Assembly: GCA_030265395.1 (NCBI GenBank)
Contig: JARFYF010000059.1
Span: 21,829,398-21,892,983 of the forward strand
Origin: Rhina ancylostomus
Lineage: Eukaryota
Reading direction: 5' to 3'
Length of the DNA: 63,586 bases
The notes under the pieces are model-generated. The model saw only the letters and a program-made list of their open reading frames with translations. It did not search any database and was not told the DNA's origin. Numbering within the stretch: the first letter of the stretch is position 1; each line of letters starts with the position of its first letter. Position numbers and translations under genes: made by a program. Positions 49,816 to 62,813 of the stretch are shown here, in pieces.

Positions 49816-50624
49816 CCCTGTCCTGAAGTTTGCTTTTATTGAAATCATAGGACCATAGATTTTTATTGAAATTGGTCCTAATACTAACTCAAGACGCTCA
49901 GAATATGTTGACAATCATAACAAAAATATGGGAAAACATATTTTAAAATAAAAGTTTTTCTTCTGTGCAGCCCTCTCCTTGAAATCAGGCCCTTACACTT
50001 GTATGACCTCCAGTGAACAGTTCTTCAAAGATATTTTTTAAATGGCAATTCATTAAGGGTAATTGCTTATCCTACTACTGATGAAGCTGTCCAATATTCC
50101 AGCCCCCAATCCTTGGAATCATAACATGAATTCTTGAATGACCTGAAGATACTTCAGTATTCAAGGTCAATTCACTCAATACTTCAAGAACAGTGGCCTG
50201 ATCTTTCAGGACAGTACTGTCCATCCTATGATGGCCAACACAGAAGAAAGTTTCAAGCAAGAGCTAGAATTTTGCGATCCGGAGCAGGAACTGTGGCCAG
50301 TTTAATCCCTCTCTCTAGTTCAAACTTGCTGAGTCAGACTGTAGCAGTCCAAGAATTATCCATCTGAGATCACTTAAATCAACACAGACCAAAAATTATG
50401 ATCACCATTCTTTAAAAATAGTATGTCTCTCAAATCATTCATTGTTATAATATGGGGGAAAAAAGGAAGCAATGCATAGCAGTTCAGCAGTGTATGGCAA
50501 GAATATGTTTAGTACATTAAAATAAAAGAGTTTAGTCAATTATTTTGAAGTGGGAGTTCATCAGGTACCTGACCAAGTTTATCCTATGAAATCCTTAGGC
50601 TCTAGTGTCACTTGATGGAATCTT

Positions 50625-50910
50625 ATTGACTTCAATAGGATCATCTCTCATTCTGCTAATCTCCAATGAGAATGGGCCCAACCTGTTCAACATTTCTACA
50701 TGAAGAAACTCTTCAATGAGGAATCAACCTACTGTACATTCTCTGAACTACCTTAAATACAAATTCAGAGATCAAAACTCCACTATGATTGCACCAAACC
50801 CCAGCAGATGTAACAAGGCTTCCCTACTTTTATACTCCATCTATCCCCTTTATAATAAAGACCAACATTCCATTTGCCTACCTAATTATTTGCTGTACCT
50901 GCATGCAATA
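50625..50910 (-). mobile_element. CR1 fragment
   Basis: catctctcattctgctaatctcc, aggcttccctacttttatactc, accaacattccatttgcct (minus ANGMLVFI). Confidence 0.7.
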
Positions 50911-51774
50911 ATATATTAATTTAATCACACAGTACTTTAAAAAATGCCTGGGTGATTCAATGCCTCAACCAAGATGTTTAGTTGAGTTAACAAATGTCAT
51001 GGCTTGAAGGAAAGCTCATGCCTTTTGCAGTAGCTGGCCACATTTTCAAAACAGATTTTTCTGACCACTGGCCAAGCGGCCACCCAAATATTAAAGGAGA
51101 AAATACCAAGCTGAGCGATAAGCGAGGTATAAATCTGAAACAAAATGCTTGTGGTAATGATTCCAACAGCTGTTAGCTTTTAAAAGAAAAGTCTCCCCAC
51201 ATTAAATACAGTTGAATAACAGAGTCAACCCTCTAGAGAGGGATGCACTGAAAGCAGTAACACAATTGTGTTTTAAACACAAGTTGGGAAGTTGAACTAT
51301 GATTATGGGGAAACAATAGCAAAGGAGCAGGAAATGCTAGGCTGTCTGCCAACTGGCTACAACCACAGCTTCTTGCTTAGATGGTAGCTTACAGTAAGTG
51401 GTGAGATAAGTTTTTTTGACTTTTTCAGCATCCCTATATCCATTTCACTTTGGATCTCAGCTTCAAACATTGTCCTTAACTCTTTGACCGCCTCANNNNN
51501 NNNNNATTAATTTCTTGTTCATTGAATTTATAATGGAACAGGGGGTGGATTGGGACATTGTTTGAAAGGAAAAATTCCCTGTGTATGTTGCATAGAACAA
51601 AAACCTGTATATTAACAGCATGCAGGGAAAGCTCTTCTCTTTATATTGGTTGTTGGGGACACCTTTTAATTTTGTGTATTTCTTAGAATATTGCTGTATG
51701 GTGTTCACTAAACCAATTCTAGGGCCAGGATGAGCGTGGTTTGGGAGCAATTAATAAGGAAGGGGTAACATTAT

Positions 51775-52035
51775 AGAAGAGAAAAATAAGCAAAAGACAG
51801 GCCAGCAGAGGTGAAAGAAGAAGAAGTTTGGAGGAGGAAGAGAAAGAAAGTGAAAAAAAGGAGTGTGGGAATTGGAAAGGGAGGAGAAGTGAAGGAAATG
51901 GGGATAATCAGAAGGCAGATGGGGCAGGAATTAGGCATAGAAGAGAAAATTGTGTTGACAAGAGAAATGAGAAACTTGCTGAGTGAAAGTAACACCATTA
52001 AAAGTAAGAAAATAAAGATAAAATCTCTTAAATAA
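51775..52035. repeat. Purine-rich low-complexity tract
   Basis: GA-rich sequence giving the K/E/R-rich ORF 51811-52035. Confidence 0.7.
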
Positions 52036-54439
52036 GTAAGGAATAAACTGCTGCTTCAAATAACTATTGTTCTTTGTTTCCCTTTCCTGGTTCTGATATT
52101 CCATGTTAAACATATTAAATCCCAGCAAACTTCATTCTCTGCAAAATTGTATTCTCAAGTTCAGCTGAAGAAAACTGTTCTCCTGCAGCCAATGTTTCCG
52201 TGGGCCACACACCTTAAATTCATCAGCCGTGAAAATAATAGAATTATTTGTACTCGCAAAACCGTCAGAGTTCACTGCATCTGATGGGCTCTGTTGTACT
52301 TTGCCTCTGGCAATCTGATCCATCCTATTACTGGTGTGTCCTGAGTTTACAGTTGGATGAAAAGCTAGATATCAATAAAACCTGGAGCACCTGCATGTAA
52401 TCGCAATGGACGTCCGAGGTTCTCTGAATTCAACATTTACGATGCTTCAGTAGTGACAGGATTCAACAACGTGGAGTATCTGATGGATGTTTATTACATG
52501 ACAGTCAAAGGATGGCCATAAATTGGGAAAAGAGGCAGCCAAACAGCAAAGTGATTAAGATCAAACGGGTCACTACTTGAAACAAAAAGATTTTTAGGAT
52601 ATATAATCTGGTTGAGGCCTGATATCAACAGTTCTGCTTTCACTATTGATGGCTTTACCACAGAATTCTTCAGTACTCATTCAATATTTTACTAAATGTT
52701 TGTCCTCTTCACCTGTGGCTTTAACACTGTCCATTGCCAAAAAAAAAACCAGATTGGACAGGTGTAGAAACCTGATGGCCATGGCATTGACCATTTTGGG
52801 AAATAGTATATGTAGAGCTTAAAATTCTCGTACATTCAGATAGGTACATTGGATGGATGTTGATACAGGTGTGAATGATAAATTCAGGCCACCTGTTGCA
52901 AACCTCAGTTTTGCCCAAGAATGGGTTCATGGAAGGGTCATGAGGACCCAATTATGCCCGTGTTGTGCTGGATATAATTGAGGGCAATGCATCAAAGCTT
53001 GTGCATTTGCTGCGGTTGTTGGAATGGGGGAAAGGCATCAGAGCAGCCCTGTCACTGTGGTGTGTCACAGGGGAAACATTGTAAGCTGCACAGTCCCTGT
53101 TGTCAGAGGCAGATCGTATGATCGAGGCCTCAATCAAGTGCCTCAGCAGATAGCAGAGTTGGGACTTCAGAGGGCTGGGGAACTGAAAGGTCGTCACCTG
53201 GGCCTCGGGTGATCATAGGGTCAAGGAATTGGGAATTGAGACATTTGGGTCCTGAGCCTCAGTGGATTCCATTGTTGGGGCATTGGGATGGGGATTGGGG
53301 AGTGGTGGGTGATTGTGCAGTGCTTTTTGGGTCAGAAAGGGAGGGGTCCAAAGGATAAAAGCTGAGGAAAGGACAAAACTCTGAGCAGAGTTGCACTGGA
53401 AAAACCAGGTTGTCCCATGTACGCACAGTTTCTTGGTAAAGCTCAAGAATGCAAGGTTGACTTGTGTTTTTGAAGTGCAGGTAACACAGAAGAACTTGAA
53501 AATTATTGTCATTATGTCTCACCGCAGAAAAGAAACCTGATTTTCTATTCCACAACTGTAAAAAACAGCAATATGGAATTTAATTTTGAGACAGCAGTGT
53601 TTTGAGAACTAGTAATTATTTATTGCTGAGCTTTTTTGGAATAATGGCATCCTCTGGCCTTGTGCTGCCCCTTTCTCCCAATGTGCAGTGCTCACATCAC
53701 TGAGGAGAGAAGCTAACAATGAAATGCAAAGGGGAAGAGAGATGTGTGCATAACATATTATATGTCAGATTTCCTGTAAATACTTGACTGGTTTGAGCAT
53801 CTACCAGGCCAGCACTCATAAATAAACTTTATAATTGCTAAACTAAATTGCTGAACTAGATAATTCTGCTTGTAATTCAATCTTTTTCTTTCTTCTCCCA
53901 TCTGTCTCCTTTGTGGGTTACTATCTGGTCACATTTTTTGCAACCATTCATCCAGAGAAAATGATTTGACTGATCTTGATTTTCTTTTCAAATGCATTGC
54001 TATTAAAATATAGCTCAGCACATTGAAGATCTCAAATATTACATTCGTCCCTGGAACATGAGATTTGTACAGCCTTAGATCTCCTGACAGATCAACACAG
54101 CAAGCTTCTCTGAGAGACCTCTCATGTTCAGTCAGCATCTTGGATTAGCCTCAACAAAGATAAAATGACATATAGTCTTGAATTTATTTAGGAAATCCCA
54201 CACTGGCTCCAAGCTGGTTTGCGTATAGAGATTTGACATAAACTATCTGAATATATAAATGAACACTAAATAATATAAACTAACTGCTGTTTTAATCCTT
54301 AATTTCACAAGTTATCACTTTCATTAGCAAGTACTTCTGGATTAAGTACTTTGTAGAGGTTCTCAGTATGGCAAGATAGGGCACCATGTATTATGAGGCA
54401 GGATTTCAGGGCCTGAACTATTAANNNNNNNNNNGGTGT

Positions 54440-54496
54440 ATCCATGAGAAGAGAAACAGCATTAACTTTTAGGCCAAAAACCCTGCATCAGAACTC
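54440..54496 (-). repeat. Penelope pLTR-derived fragment with hammerhead-like core
   Basis: Minus reading gagtt-ctgatgc-agggtttttggcct-aaaagttaatgctgtttctc. Confidence 0.6.
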
Positions 54497-55329
54497 AAGA
54501 GTACCATCTGCATGATGAAAGTGCTTGCAAAACAGTTTTAAGTCACTCCAGTCTTCCCTTTGTATGGGATTCATACTTCTTCTTATAAGTAAAATTTATT
54601 GCATAATATAGTAGAAATCATAGGGAAAGCAGAATGACTGTGATATCAGTGGAGGGTTATTATCCCTCCACTGATATGAAACACCCATGGCTGAGCTTGC
54701 AGTGTTGTTACATATGTATAACACAAATTATATCATCTATTGGGTAGTGATTTTATTTGTGTCAGTTAAAGTGCTTTAGTTTGTAAGATGATAAACATCT
54801 CCATAGTGTATGTGGATTTCCCATGACACGCGCAGTCAGATGAATTGTTAGGCAGAGAAATTGGATAGCACCAAACATCACATACTGGAACTACAATGAG
54901 TGATTAATTAGTGCCCATTTGATAAAATTTGTGCTGTAGTTTCATTATGATGATTGTGGCAGTCTTCAGTCCAAATCCTGATGATCTCAGATGAATGAAA
55001 TTACCCTCAATGTAGTTCTTTCAAACCAGTCAATCTCTACAATACCAACATGCCTCCAAGTTGTTAAGCATCCCTTTAAATAGTGCAGACAGAGGGGTTC
55101 TTCCTCTGTTGCTCAATGGCAGGTTACCTGTGAATAGATAGTACATGGTAGTGGATGGATCTTTTAAGCCAATTTGGCCAGGGTGGTGTCAAATGGGCAT
55201 TGCTCAGTGATGGATGTCATCAACTACCTAATCTGCATAATTCTGGCATGTGCACCAGGTAGCTCATGTCAATAAAAATCTTATTCATGAGCAATCCCTT
55301 GGGATTAAGGAAGACTTACTGCTTTCAAC

Positions 55330-56310
55330 TTTTGAGAGTCTTAACAGGTTACTGAGACAAATATGGGAACCACCATCTCTTCCACAGATGGGGCAGGAGG
55401 TGGCTTATAGGCAAGGTGGTGTGTAGTTTGTGAGGTCACGTGTTCATTGTGACATGTATGTGGGACTTCTGTATGCTGCTGATGCATGGCCTTGAAGTTG
55501 TCAATGCCATCCTGAATGTAACTTTTCCACTTTGAGCAGTCATGGGCTAAAGGTTCACAGAAGTCAGTGGGAATGTTGCATTTCTTCAAGGGAGCTTTGA
55601 ACACATCCTTGAATCTTTTCTCAGTTAGCCTGGTGATCTCCTTCTATGACGGAATAGAGTGTCTATTTCAGAAAACTATTGTCAGGTATACAAATGATGT
55701 GGCCTATCCAATGAAGCTGAGTGTTACCAGGCCTTCAATGCTGGGAATGTTTTCTGAGAGGATACCAACACTGATTCACTTATTCTTTCAGTGAATTTGG
55801 AGGATTTTGTGGAAGCAGCATTGGGGGTATTTTTCCAGTGCTTTGAGATGCTTGATGTAGGTGGTCCAGGTCTCAGAAGCATATAAAAAGTCAGGAATTA
55901 CTGTTATATAGTAGAGCATAGGGTTTATGCCAAGCCTGAGCTCTTGGTCTTCAAATACCTTTTTCCTCAATTGACCAAAGTCTGTCCTGACACATTGAAG
56001 GCAACAGGGAATTATATCATCAATATCTGCCTTCGCCAAAAGATCACTCCGGAAATATAGGAAGTGGTCCTCCCTGTTCAGAGTTGCACGGTTAACCTTT
56101 TTTGTAGGAGGGCAGTGTGATGCATTGGGGTCAAGTTGGTAGAGGATCTTGATCTTGGAGCTTAGCCTCTGAGAGTGCACAAACATAAGCATCATCTGTA
56201 GATTGCAGATCAGCTACTGAGAACTAGGTGTCCTTGATACTGGAGTGTGATTGCCATTGACTGAACAATTTCCCATTAGTTATGAAGATTAGCTTCACTC
56301 CCATGGGTGC
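55330..56310 (-). mobile_element. RTE-clade LINE 3' fragment
   Basis: DHFLYFRS..KADIDD..FGQLRKKVFEDQEL..VIPDFLYASETWTTYIKHLKALEKY..KILQIH and LKKCNIPTD..LAHDCSKWK. Confidence 0.9.
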
Positions 56311-56989
56311 ACAATAAAAATAGGCATGAGTGATTCACATTCACAATTATAAGCAAATAGAACCTGAAGCACAGAGAAAAATAACACCCTGCAGCTCATT
56401 TTCATGGCCTTTATCTGTTAGCTGCTATTTGCTTTAAGCAGCTGAAAATTGTTGGAGTGTCAATTCTGGAGCATGCAAGAATAACAGATGTTGTGTTAAG
56501 AGATTCCTTCAGGACTGATGTCAAAGTAGCATTGTGCCCACATTGTGCGTATTTGTGGATTACCACTTAAGACAGAAGCAACAGAAATTCCAGAATGAGA
56601 GTCAGCTGGCCCTGCATGACTTTTTACCCATCTATTTACTGAATGGTAAATCATCATGACCTCCATGCTCTGATAACCACAACGCACACCTATTACGTGA
56701 AACATGGATTTGTAAAATCTGGCCCATCTGTAATAAAATTATGATAGGCCGTCACATTGCAGTAAAAGTTCAATGCTTCAATATTGATTTTCTTGACACT
56801 TGCCTTTGAAATTCATCCTGATGCATGGAGACATATTTTCTTTGTGAAGGTGAGTTATAGTGGGTAAAGGAATTTAGTGATATGTGATGGGATAGGTGAG
56901 AGGGATTTTCTACTATGCTAAAATTATAATTATTTGACTTCTGAATCCACAATTGTCTCTTAAATCCCTGCTTCCTTCATCTGCTTCTG

Positions 56990-57290
56990 TGAAAGCAATA
57001 TTTCCCTTGATATCTTACAGAGGAGATTCTCAGGACTGTGTTGATATTTGTCAAGGCAGGGAAGGTGGGGTGAAATTTGTGGAGTTTGTGGACATTTATA
57101 GGCCAGTTCTCTGGCAGTATGCTGATATTTTGGGGATGGGAGGGAGGGGTGGTGCAGCCCAGGTCTGCCTGATTATTTGTGGTGGAGATGATGCTGGGAA
57201 TGAGTTGGTCTTGTAGGATGTTGTGCAGCATTGTGATGATATTTATGAGTGGAAAAAGAGGATGGGGGGGTGGTCGTAAGCAGGATAAAA
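56990..57290 (-). mobile_element. Possible Penelope RT relic
   Basis: HKLHKFHPT resembles the NxFHPxI motif of Penelope RT. Otherwise very decayed. Confidence 0.3.
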
Positions 57291-57464
57291 CAACATGGAT
57301 TCTAGGATAATCTTTATTAGTTACACAGCTGAATTAATCTGACTGTCCTGCCTGAAGGAGTCTCCTATTATTATTTTTGATCTCGTCCTGCTCTTCTATT
57401 TTTTATCTTTTCCTCCTTTCCAGCATATTTTCCCCCTCTTGCCAAGCTGCTGGCAACATCAGCA

Positions 57465-57702
57465 TTGGTGCCAAATCATGAAGATCTAGCAAGCCACTAT
57501 AAATGTGGAACTCTTCTGAACTATATCTTACGACATCTCCAGACTGATTCAAATATTGAGTAAGGACACCTATTGTGAGCTCAATAATCTTTTGTGCTCC
57601 TTCATGCCTCTCATTGTAGGACAGTTCAACATGCTGTGAAAATAATACAGCCATATCAGTAGCCAGAATGTCAGAGGGTAAACCTTGTCACCTAATAGCC
57701 TA
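57465..57702 (-). pseudogene. PIF/Harbinger (HARBI1-like) DDE transposase relic
   Basis: LLGDKVYPLTFWLL, then a frameshift, then ELSYNERHEGAQKIIELTIGVLTQYLNQSGDVVRYSSEE...LHDLA (cf. LLGDxGYPLxxWLMTP...YNxxH...IExTIGxLK...LDxSG..LQYSPE...LHNLA). Confidence 0.8.
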
Positions 57703-58237
57703 CCACTCACTAGTCTGGACCTGTAGGTCAAAAATTAAATGCAGGATGCTTTTGTTAATCCATGTACATAGCATGGAATTCTGTTTCTACGTACTAATCT
57801 TGGAAATTTGGTGAGTGGGAAATTCAGCACATCTGAGGAAAGANNNNNNNNNNNNNNNNNNNNNNNNNNNNNNNNNNNNNNNNNNNNNNNNNNNNNNNNN
57901 NNNNNNNNNNNNNNNNNNNNNNNNNNNNNNNNNNNNNNNNNNNNNNNNNNNNNNNNNNNNNNNNNNNNNNNNNNNNNNNNNNNNNNNNNNNNNNNNNNNN
58001 NNNNNNNNNNNNNNNNNNNNNNNNNNNNNNNNNNNNNNNNNNNNNNNNNNNNNNNNNNNNNNNNNNNNNNNNNNNNNNNNNNNNNNNNNNNNNNNNNNNN
58101 NNNNNNNNNNNNNNNNNNNNNNNNNNNNNNNNNNNNNNNNNNNNNNNNNNNNNNNNNNNNNNNNNNNNNNNNNNNNNNNNNNNNNNNNNNNNNNNNNNNN
58201 NNNNNNNNNNNNNNNNNNNNNNNNNNNNNNNNNNNNG

Positions 58238-58940
58238 CTGGGGAAAGGGCGAACCTGGGTGAATCAGAAGGAGGAAGAATGGAGCACAGGCAGTGTGAGT
58301 ACCTGAATTTGGAAAATTCAGTGTTAATACCACTGGGTGGTAGAGTACCCAGGCAGAATATGAAGTGTTGTTCTTCTAGTTTGAGTTTAGTCTCATCCAG
58401 GCAGTGAGGAGCACGAGGACAGACAGGACATGGGAGTGGGAAGTTGAAATGGCATGCAAACAGGAGCTCAGGATGGCCATTGAGGACAAGAGCACAGGTG
58501 TTTCGCAAAACAGATGCCCAGTCTCCGCCATCTTGCTGATGTAGAGNNNNNNNNNNTAGAGGAGGCCACACCGAGAGCACCAAATGCAGTAGTCGAGATT
58601 AGAGGAAGTGCAGGTGAACCTATGCCTCACCTGGAAGGGTTGTTCAGGTCCCTGTATGGTGGTGAGAAGTATTACACCTCCTACAGCTACACAGTAAAGT
58701 GTCAGGGGATACGGATGGGTGAGTAGGTAGGGTATGAGTGAACTAGGGATCATGGAAAGATGGTCCCTGTGGAAAGCAGAAAGTGGTGGGGAGGGGAAGA
58801 TATGACTGATGGTGGGATTCTGTTTTAGCTGGCAGAAATGATGAAGGATGATGTGCTGGATGTGAAGGCTGGTAGGATGTAAGGTGAGGACCAAGAGAAC
58901 TCTGGAGGGGGAGTGACAGCAGAAGTCTGGGAACGGCAGA
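58238..58940 (-). mobile_element. Penelope-like element GIY-YIG region
   Basis: IILHHFCQL..HIFPSPPLSAFHRD..IQGPEQPFQVRHRFTCTSSNLDYCIWCSRCGLL and KLEEQHFIFCLGTLPPSGINTEF. Confidence 0.9.
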
Positions 58941-61849
58941 ANNNNNNNNNNNNNNNNNNNNNNNNNNNNNNNNNNNNNNNNNNNNNNNNNNNNNNNNNNN
59001 NNNNNNNNNNNNNNAGAAATAAGTGCGAAAATGGAATTTAAGGGACTGCTCTGAGAGCCAGCATAGTCTCTATGGGCTGAATTGTCTGTATTTTAATAAG
59101 TTATGTGAAATATCATAGGCAACATACAGATACACACATACATATGTAGACACACATCCATACAGGAACACATATCTCCCTGCTGGAGGGACTGAAATTA
59201 CCTGCAAAAGTGACACAGTGTCCAGAATTCTGTCAGTTTGGAATGTAATTATAGCAAATTAGGCAGTAGTCTGAAAAAAAAGAGGTCAAAGAATTGGCAG
59301 GGTCGAGTTGGGTCATTAACAAGCACCTTGATCTCAGCAGGCACAGGCTGCATTGTTTACCTAATGCTAGACAATGTCATCCCCATAGGATGGAATTTTA
59401 AGTGACTTTTTTAAAAATGGGGACCTTTTAGTGATACTCATTGTTTTGCACAGTCAAGAGAGGGGAGTTACTAGTTGATGCACCTAAGTGAGTGTGAGTG
59501 CCTACACCTCCATGTAAGATTCTTCTCAATTCAAATGCTGTCAGATCTCTGTGCAGCATAACTGTTTTACATGCTTCTGGAAAACTAAGTACCACTTTCT
59601 TTTCTTGAGATGTTGGTGGGTTGGAAGATTGGGAGGTAGTGTCCATGTACAATAATGGGGCTCAAATTGCATTCAATTGCATTGCATACAAATTAACTGG
59701 AATTCCTACATCTGATGCATAATCAGAGATTCTTGCTAGAAAATGCATGTGTTGATGTAGGTAAAGATATTATCAACTCTGGTAGCAGTGCTACTATTCC
59801 TCAATTTCTCTATTCCATGGCCCAATAAATTGCTAACATTCACTGCCCAAACAATATCCACTTAGATGAGATATCAGATATCTGCCGTCACACATGCAGT
59901 TGAACCACAGCAATGAAAAGAGAGGGAAGACAAGGAGAGAAAACCTTGAACAATATCTTGTCCTGTCAATCAGTTGAATGTAATAGTTTGATGCAGACTA
60001 ATCTATTTATTCCTGGTATTAGCATATGAAACAAGATGTCCTGAATGTCTTTAATTCCTGCGCAATTTTTCTCTTGCATTTTTCCATTAATGATATTGGA
60101 AAAAAAGCATACAATTTTTTAAAAAGTTCAAATGTGATGTAAAGTCTGACTGGAATCCCATTTCACTAAATGTCATTGGGAAAAAGACTCTGCCAGCCAA
60201 ATTCCACAGACTGCACTTAAGAACAATGAAAAATCAGGCAGTAAATACTCCAGCCATGGAAAGATCCAGTCCAGCATCCTAAAAAAGTACAGTTGTATGA
60301 CATTTATGTTTATAAATTACCAAGGCCCAAGGCCCATTGTGAAGGACATCACCCAGGATGATTTTGTAGGTCAAGAAACTGTGAGAAGGGGACATTCTTT
60401 GATTGTGGGAAAAGGAGAAAAATAAAGGATAATAAGGAGTATTCATTGTGCTACCTCCTACCTAATATCATTGTTAAGTAGAANNNNNNNNNNNNNNNNN
60501 NNNNNNNNNNNNNNNNNNNNNNNNNNNNNNNNNNNNNNNNNNNNNNNNNNNNNNNNNNNNNNNNNNNNNNNNNNNNNNNNNNNTAAGTAGAATTTGATGA
60601 CTGTGAAACTTGTTCTCTTTAACACTCTTTCATTCCTACAGATGTTAAAACTTAAATTTGATGACAACTAAGTACTACTTCTTCATTTATCTGATCTTCT
60701 CTGCCATATTTTATTTATTGATCTTGATGGTTAACAGCGTGCACATTATGGGTTTCACCCCCTCATTGTAACCTGAACACAATGAGGAGTGGGGAGGAAG
60801 TAAAGCATATCAGAACTTCCAATGAAAATAATTTGGATTTCAGAAATCTTCTGTCCTCAATTTCAGGAAAATTGCTGTGCTACTAAAGTAAGTTTCTTTG
60901 TAATTTTCTGTGAGCTTCTTTGTCCACTTGGCCCCAACACCTGCAGCTCAGGAGCACTGCCACTTCCCTAGCCAGTAGCAGTTCCCCTTAGTTACCATAA
61001 GTCACGGAAGGCCTATTACGTTTGAACCAATCATCTTATTCTAAGTTATTCCCAACCTCTGCATCATTTTCTCGGCCATTCCCAATCACTCACTGAAAAA
61101 TGCAGGAAAATCTGCACTGCACATCCCTATTAGATTAAAAGACAAATGTCACACAGAAAAGCAAATTGGTAAAATACCTTTTGCATTCCCATTTTATTTT
61201 TCTATTTTAACTCATTCCTCCTCAGAACAATAAAATTAGAAATCTTCATGGCTCTTAATTCCTTTGTCTGACAATCTATAGGGTCACCTTATGATTTCTC
61301 CAGTTCCTGCTCAATTCAACTTTGGAAGGAATCCCAGCCCTCAGTTGAGTTTCAACTAAATCAACTAAAGAGCGTGAAGCAGTACCCACCCAAAAGCCAG
61401 GTAAGTCAAAGTAATTGCGAAAAGAAAATATTTACATAACTCTGAAAGGGCATACTATCAGAATATTTACCTTACCTTTACTTCATGAGAACAAAGTTCT
61501 TAGGCTGTTCTAACAGAGAATGAATTCCAACCTAAAACAATACCTATGTACATAAGCATTATGGATGATGACACTGCACTCCAGAATGTGATAACTGATT
61601 AAACTGTAATTTAGATCACTTCTAATGATGCAGAATTCAAGTAAAGAGCAGAGTCATTCAGTGAGAGCAAAGTCTTGAATTGTTGCTATGCGAGTAATTG
61701 TTTGTTCAGACATCAGAACATTTAATCTTTAGATAGCTTAAGTATTGAAATCTTGCTGACTGAGCCATCATAATCAGTAAAATATTATTTTTATGTTCTT
61801 AAAAAGCCTAAAAGTTTGATTTAGCCATGGATGTGTACTTTCAATGTCC

Positions 61850-62365
61850 ACTTTGAAGTCTTGAGTATATAAAGTAAGCTGACTATCCAGCACTGAGGTG
61901 AAGTAGTGCTGCAAATTGGGAGGTGCCATCTTTCAGATGAGAGATTATTCTAAACTCTGCCTTCTGAGGTATCTGTGAAGAATCCCATAGCATAATCTGA
62001 GAACCACTGGGGAATTTTCTTGGCCAATATTCTCCCCTCAAACAGTATTATCTTAAAAATAGTCTCATCAGTGACATCCGTGAGGTGTTTCAGCTCCTGA
62101 TGACTAACTTTGACATAAAAAATGATTTACATCATTTCTACCAACCCTTAGTTGAAGTTACAGCAAACGACCTAGGAACATCTACTGAACTGTATCTGGG
62201 ATTGTCTGATCATAAGCTCAAGGCAACTTTTGGTCCTTGCTTTGCACAAATTGCTTCCCATCATCCCGATATTACAACAGTGCTATTCCTCAAAAGTAAT
62301 CATCAGCAGTAATGCACTTTGGAGCAGTCTGAAGTCATAAATGATGCTAGAAATGTATGTTCCCC
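61850..62365 (+). mobile_element. Deu-domain SINE (SacSINE1-like), near full length, with an internal insert
   Basis: gtgctgca..ggaggtgccatctttcagatgaga, ttggccaatatt, gcacaaattg..attacaacagtg..caaaagtaat..gcactttgg. Confidence 0.75.
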
Positions 62366-62794
62366 CTTTTTTAAGATATGAGACAGCGGATACTTGCTAC
62401 TGACCATATGGTTTTGACCCACTGGTGGCTTTCTGTACAAATTCTACATTCAAAGCCTGTCTTTTGAAAACAGAATTAACGAACATAAAAGTAGAAAACT
62501 CTCGAAATGTCGCATCCTTCCTCTGTGACCAATAGGAAAAGAAAGACTAATGTATCAATTCTCTTTTAGTTGCTTAAAGAACAATTGTGCATTTCAAGCT
62601 TTTGCTGCAGATTCCTAGTGGGCTAAAACTGTATATTTAAAGAATTAATTTATTTTAGTTCCAAGGGTGCAAACATGAGAAAAGGATAACTTTGAAAAGA
62701 AAGTTATTGATCAATTTACAGGGGAGTGGCTGGGCAGCATCTCATAGACTTCAAGGCAAAATAGTTCATTTAGACTGCACAGTATTTCACATAA

Positions 62795-62813
62795 ACACAC
62801 ACACACACACACA
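62795..62813. repeat. (AC)n microsatellite
   Basis: Perfect ac run. Confidence 0.9.

Noticed and set aside
51771-52035. Lys/Glu/Arg-rich ORF resembling a basic nuclear protein
   Set aside because: Low-complexity purine tract with no domain or splice support.
52650-53400. GC-richer block possibly from a LINE
   Set aside because: I could not read diagnostic motifs, so I left it unassigned.
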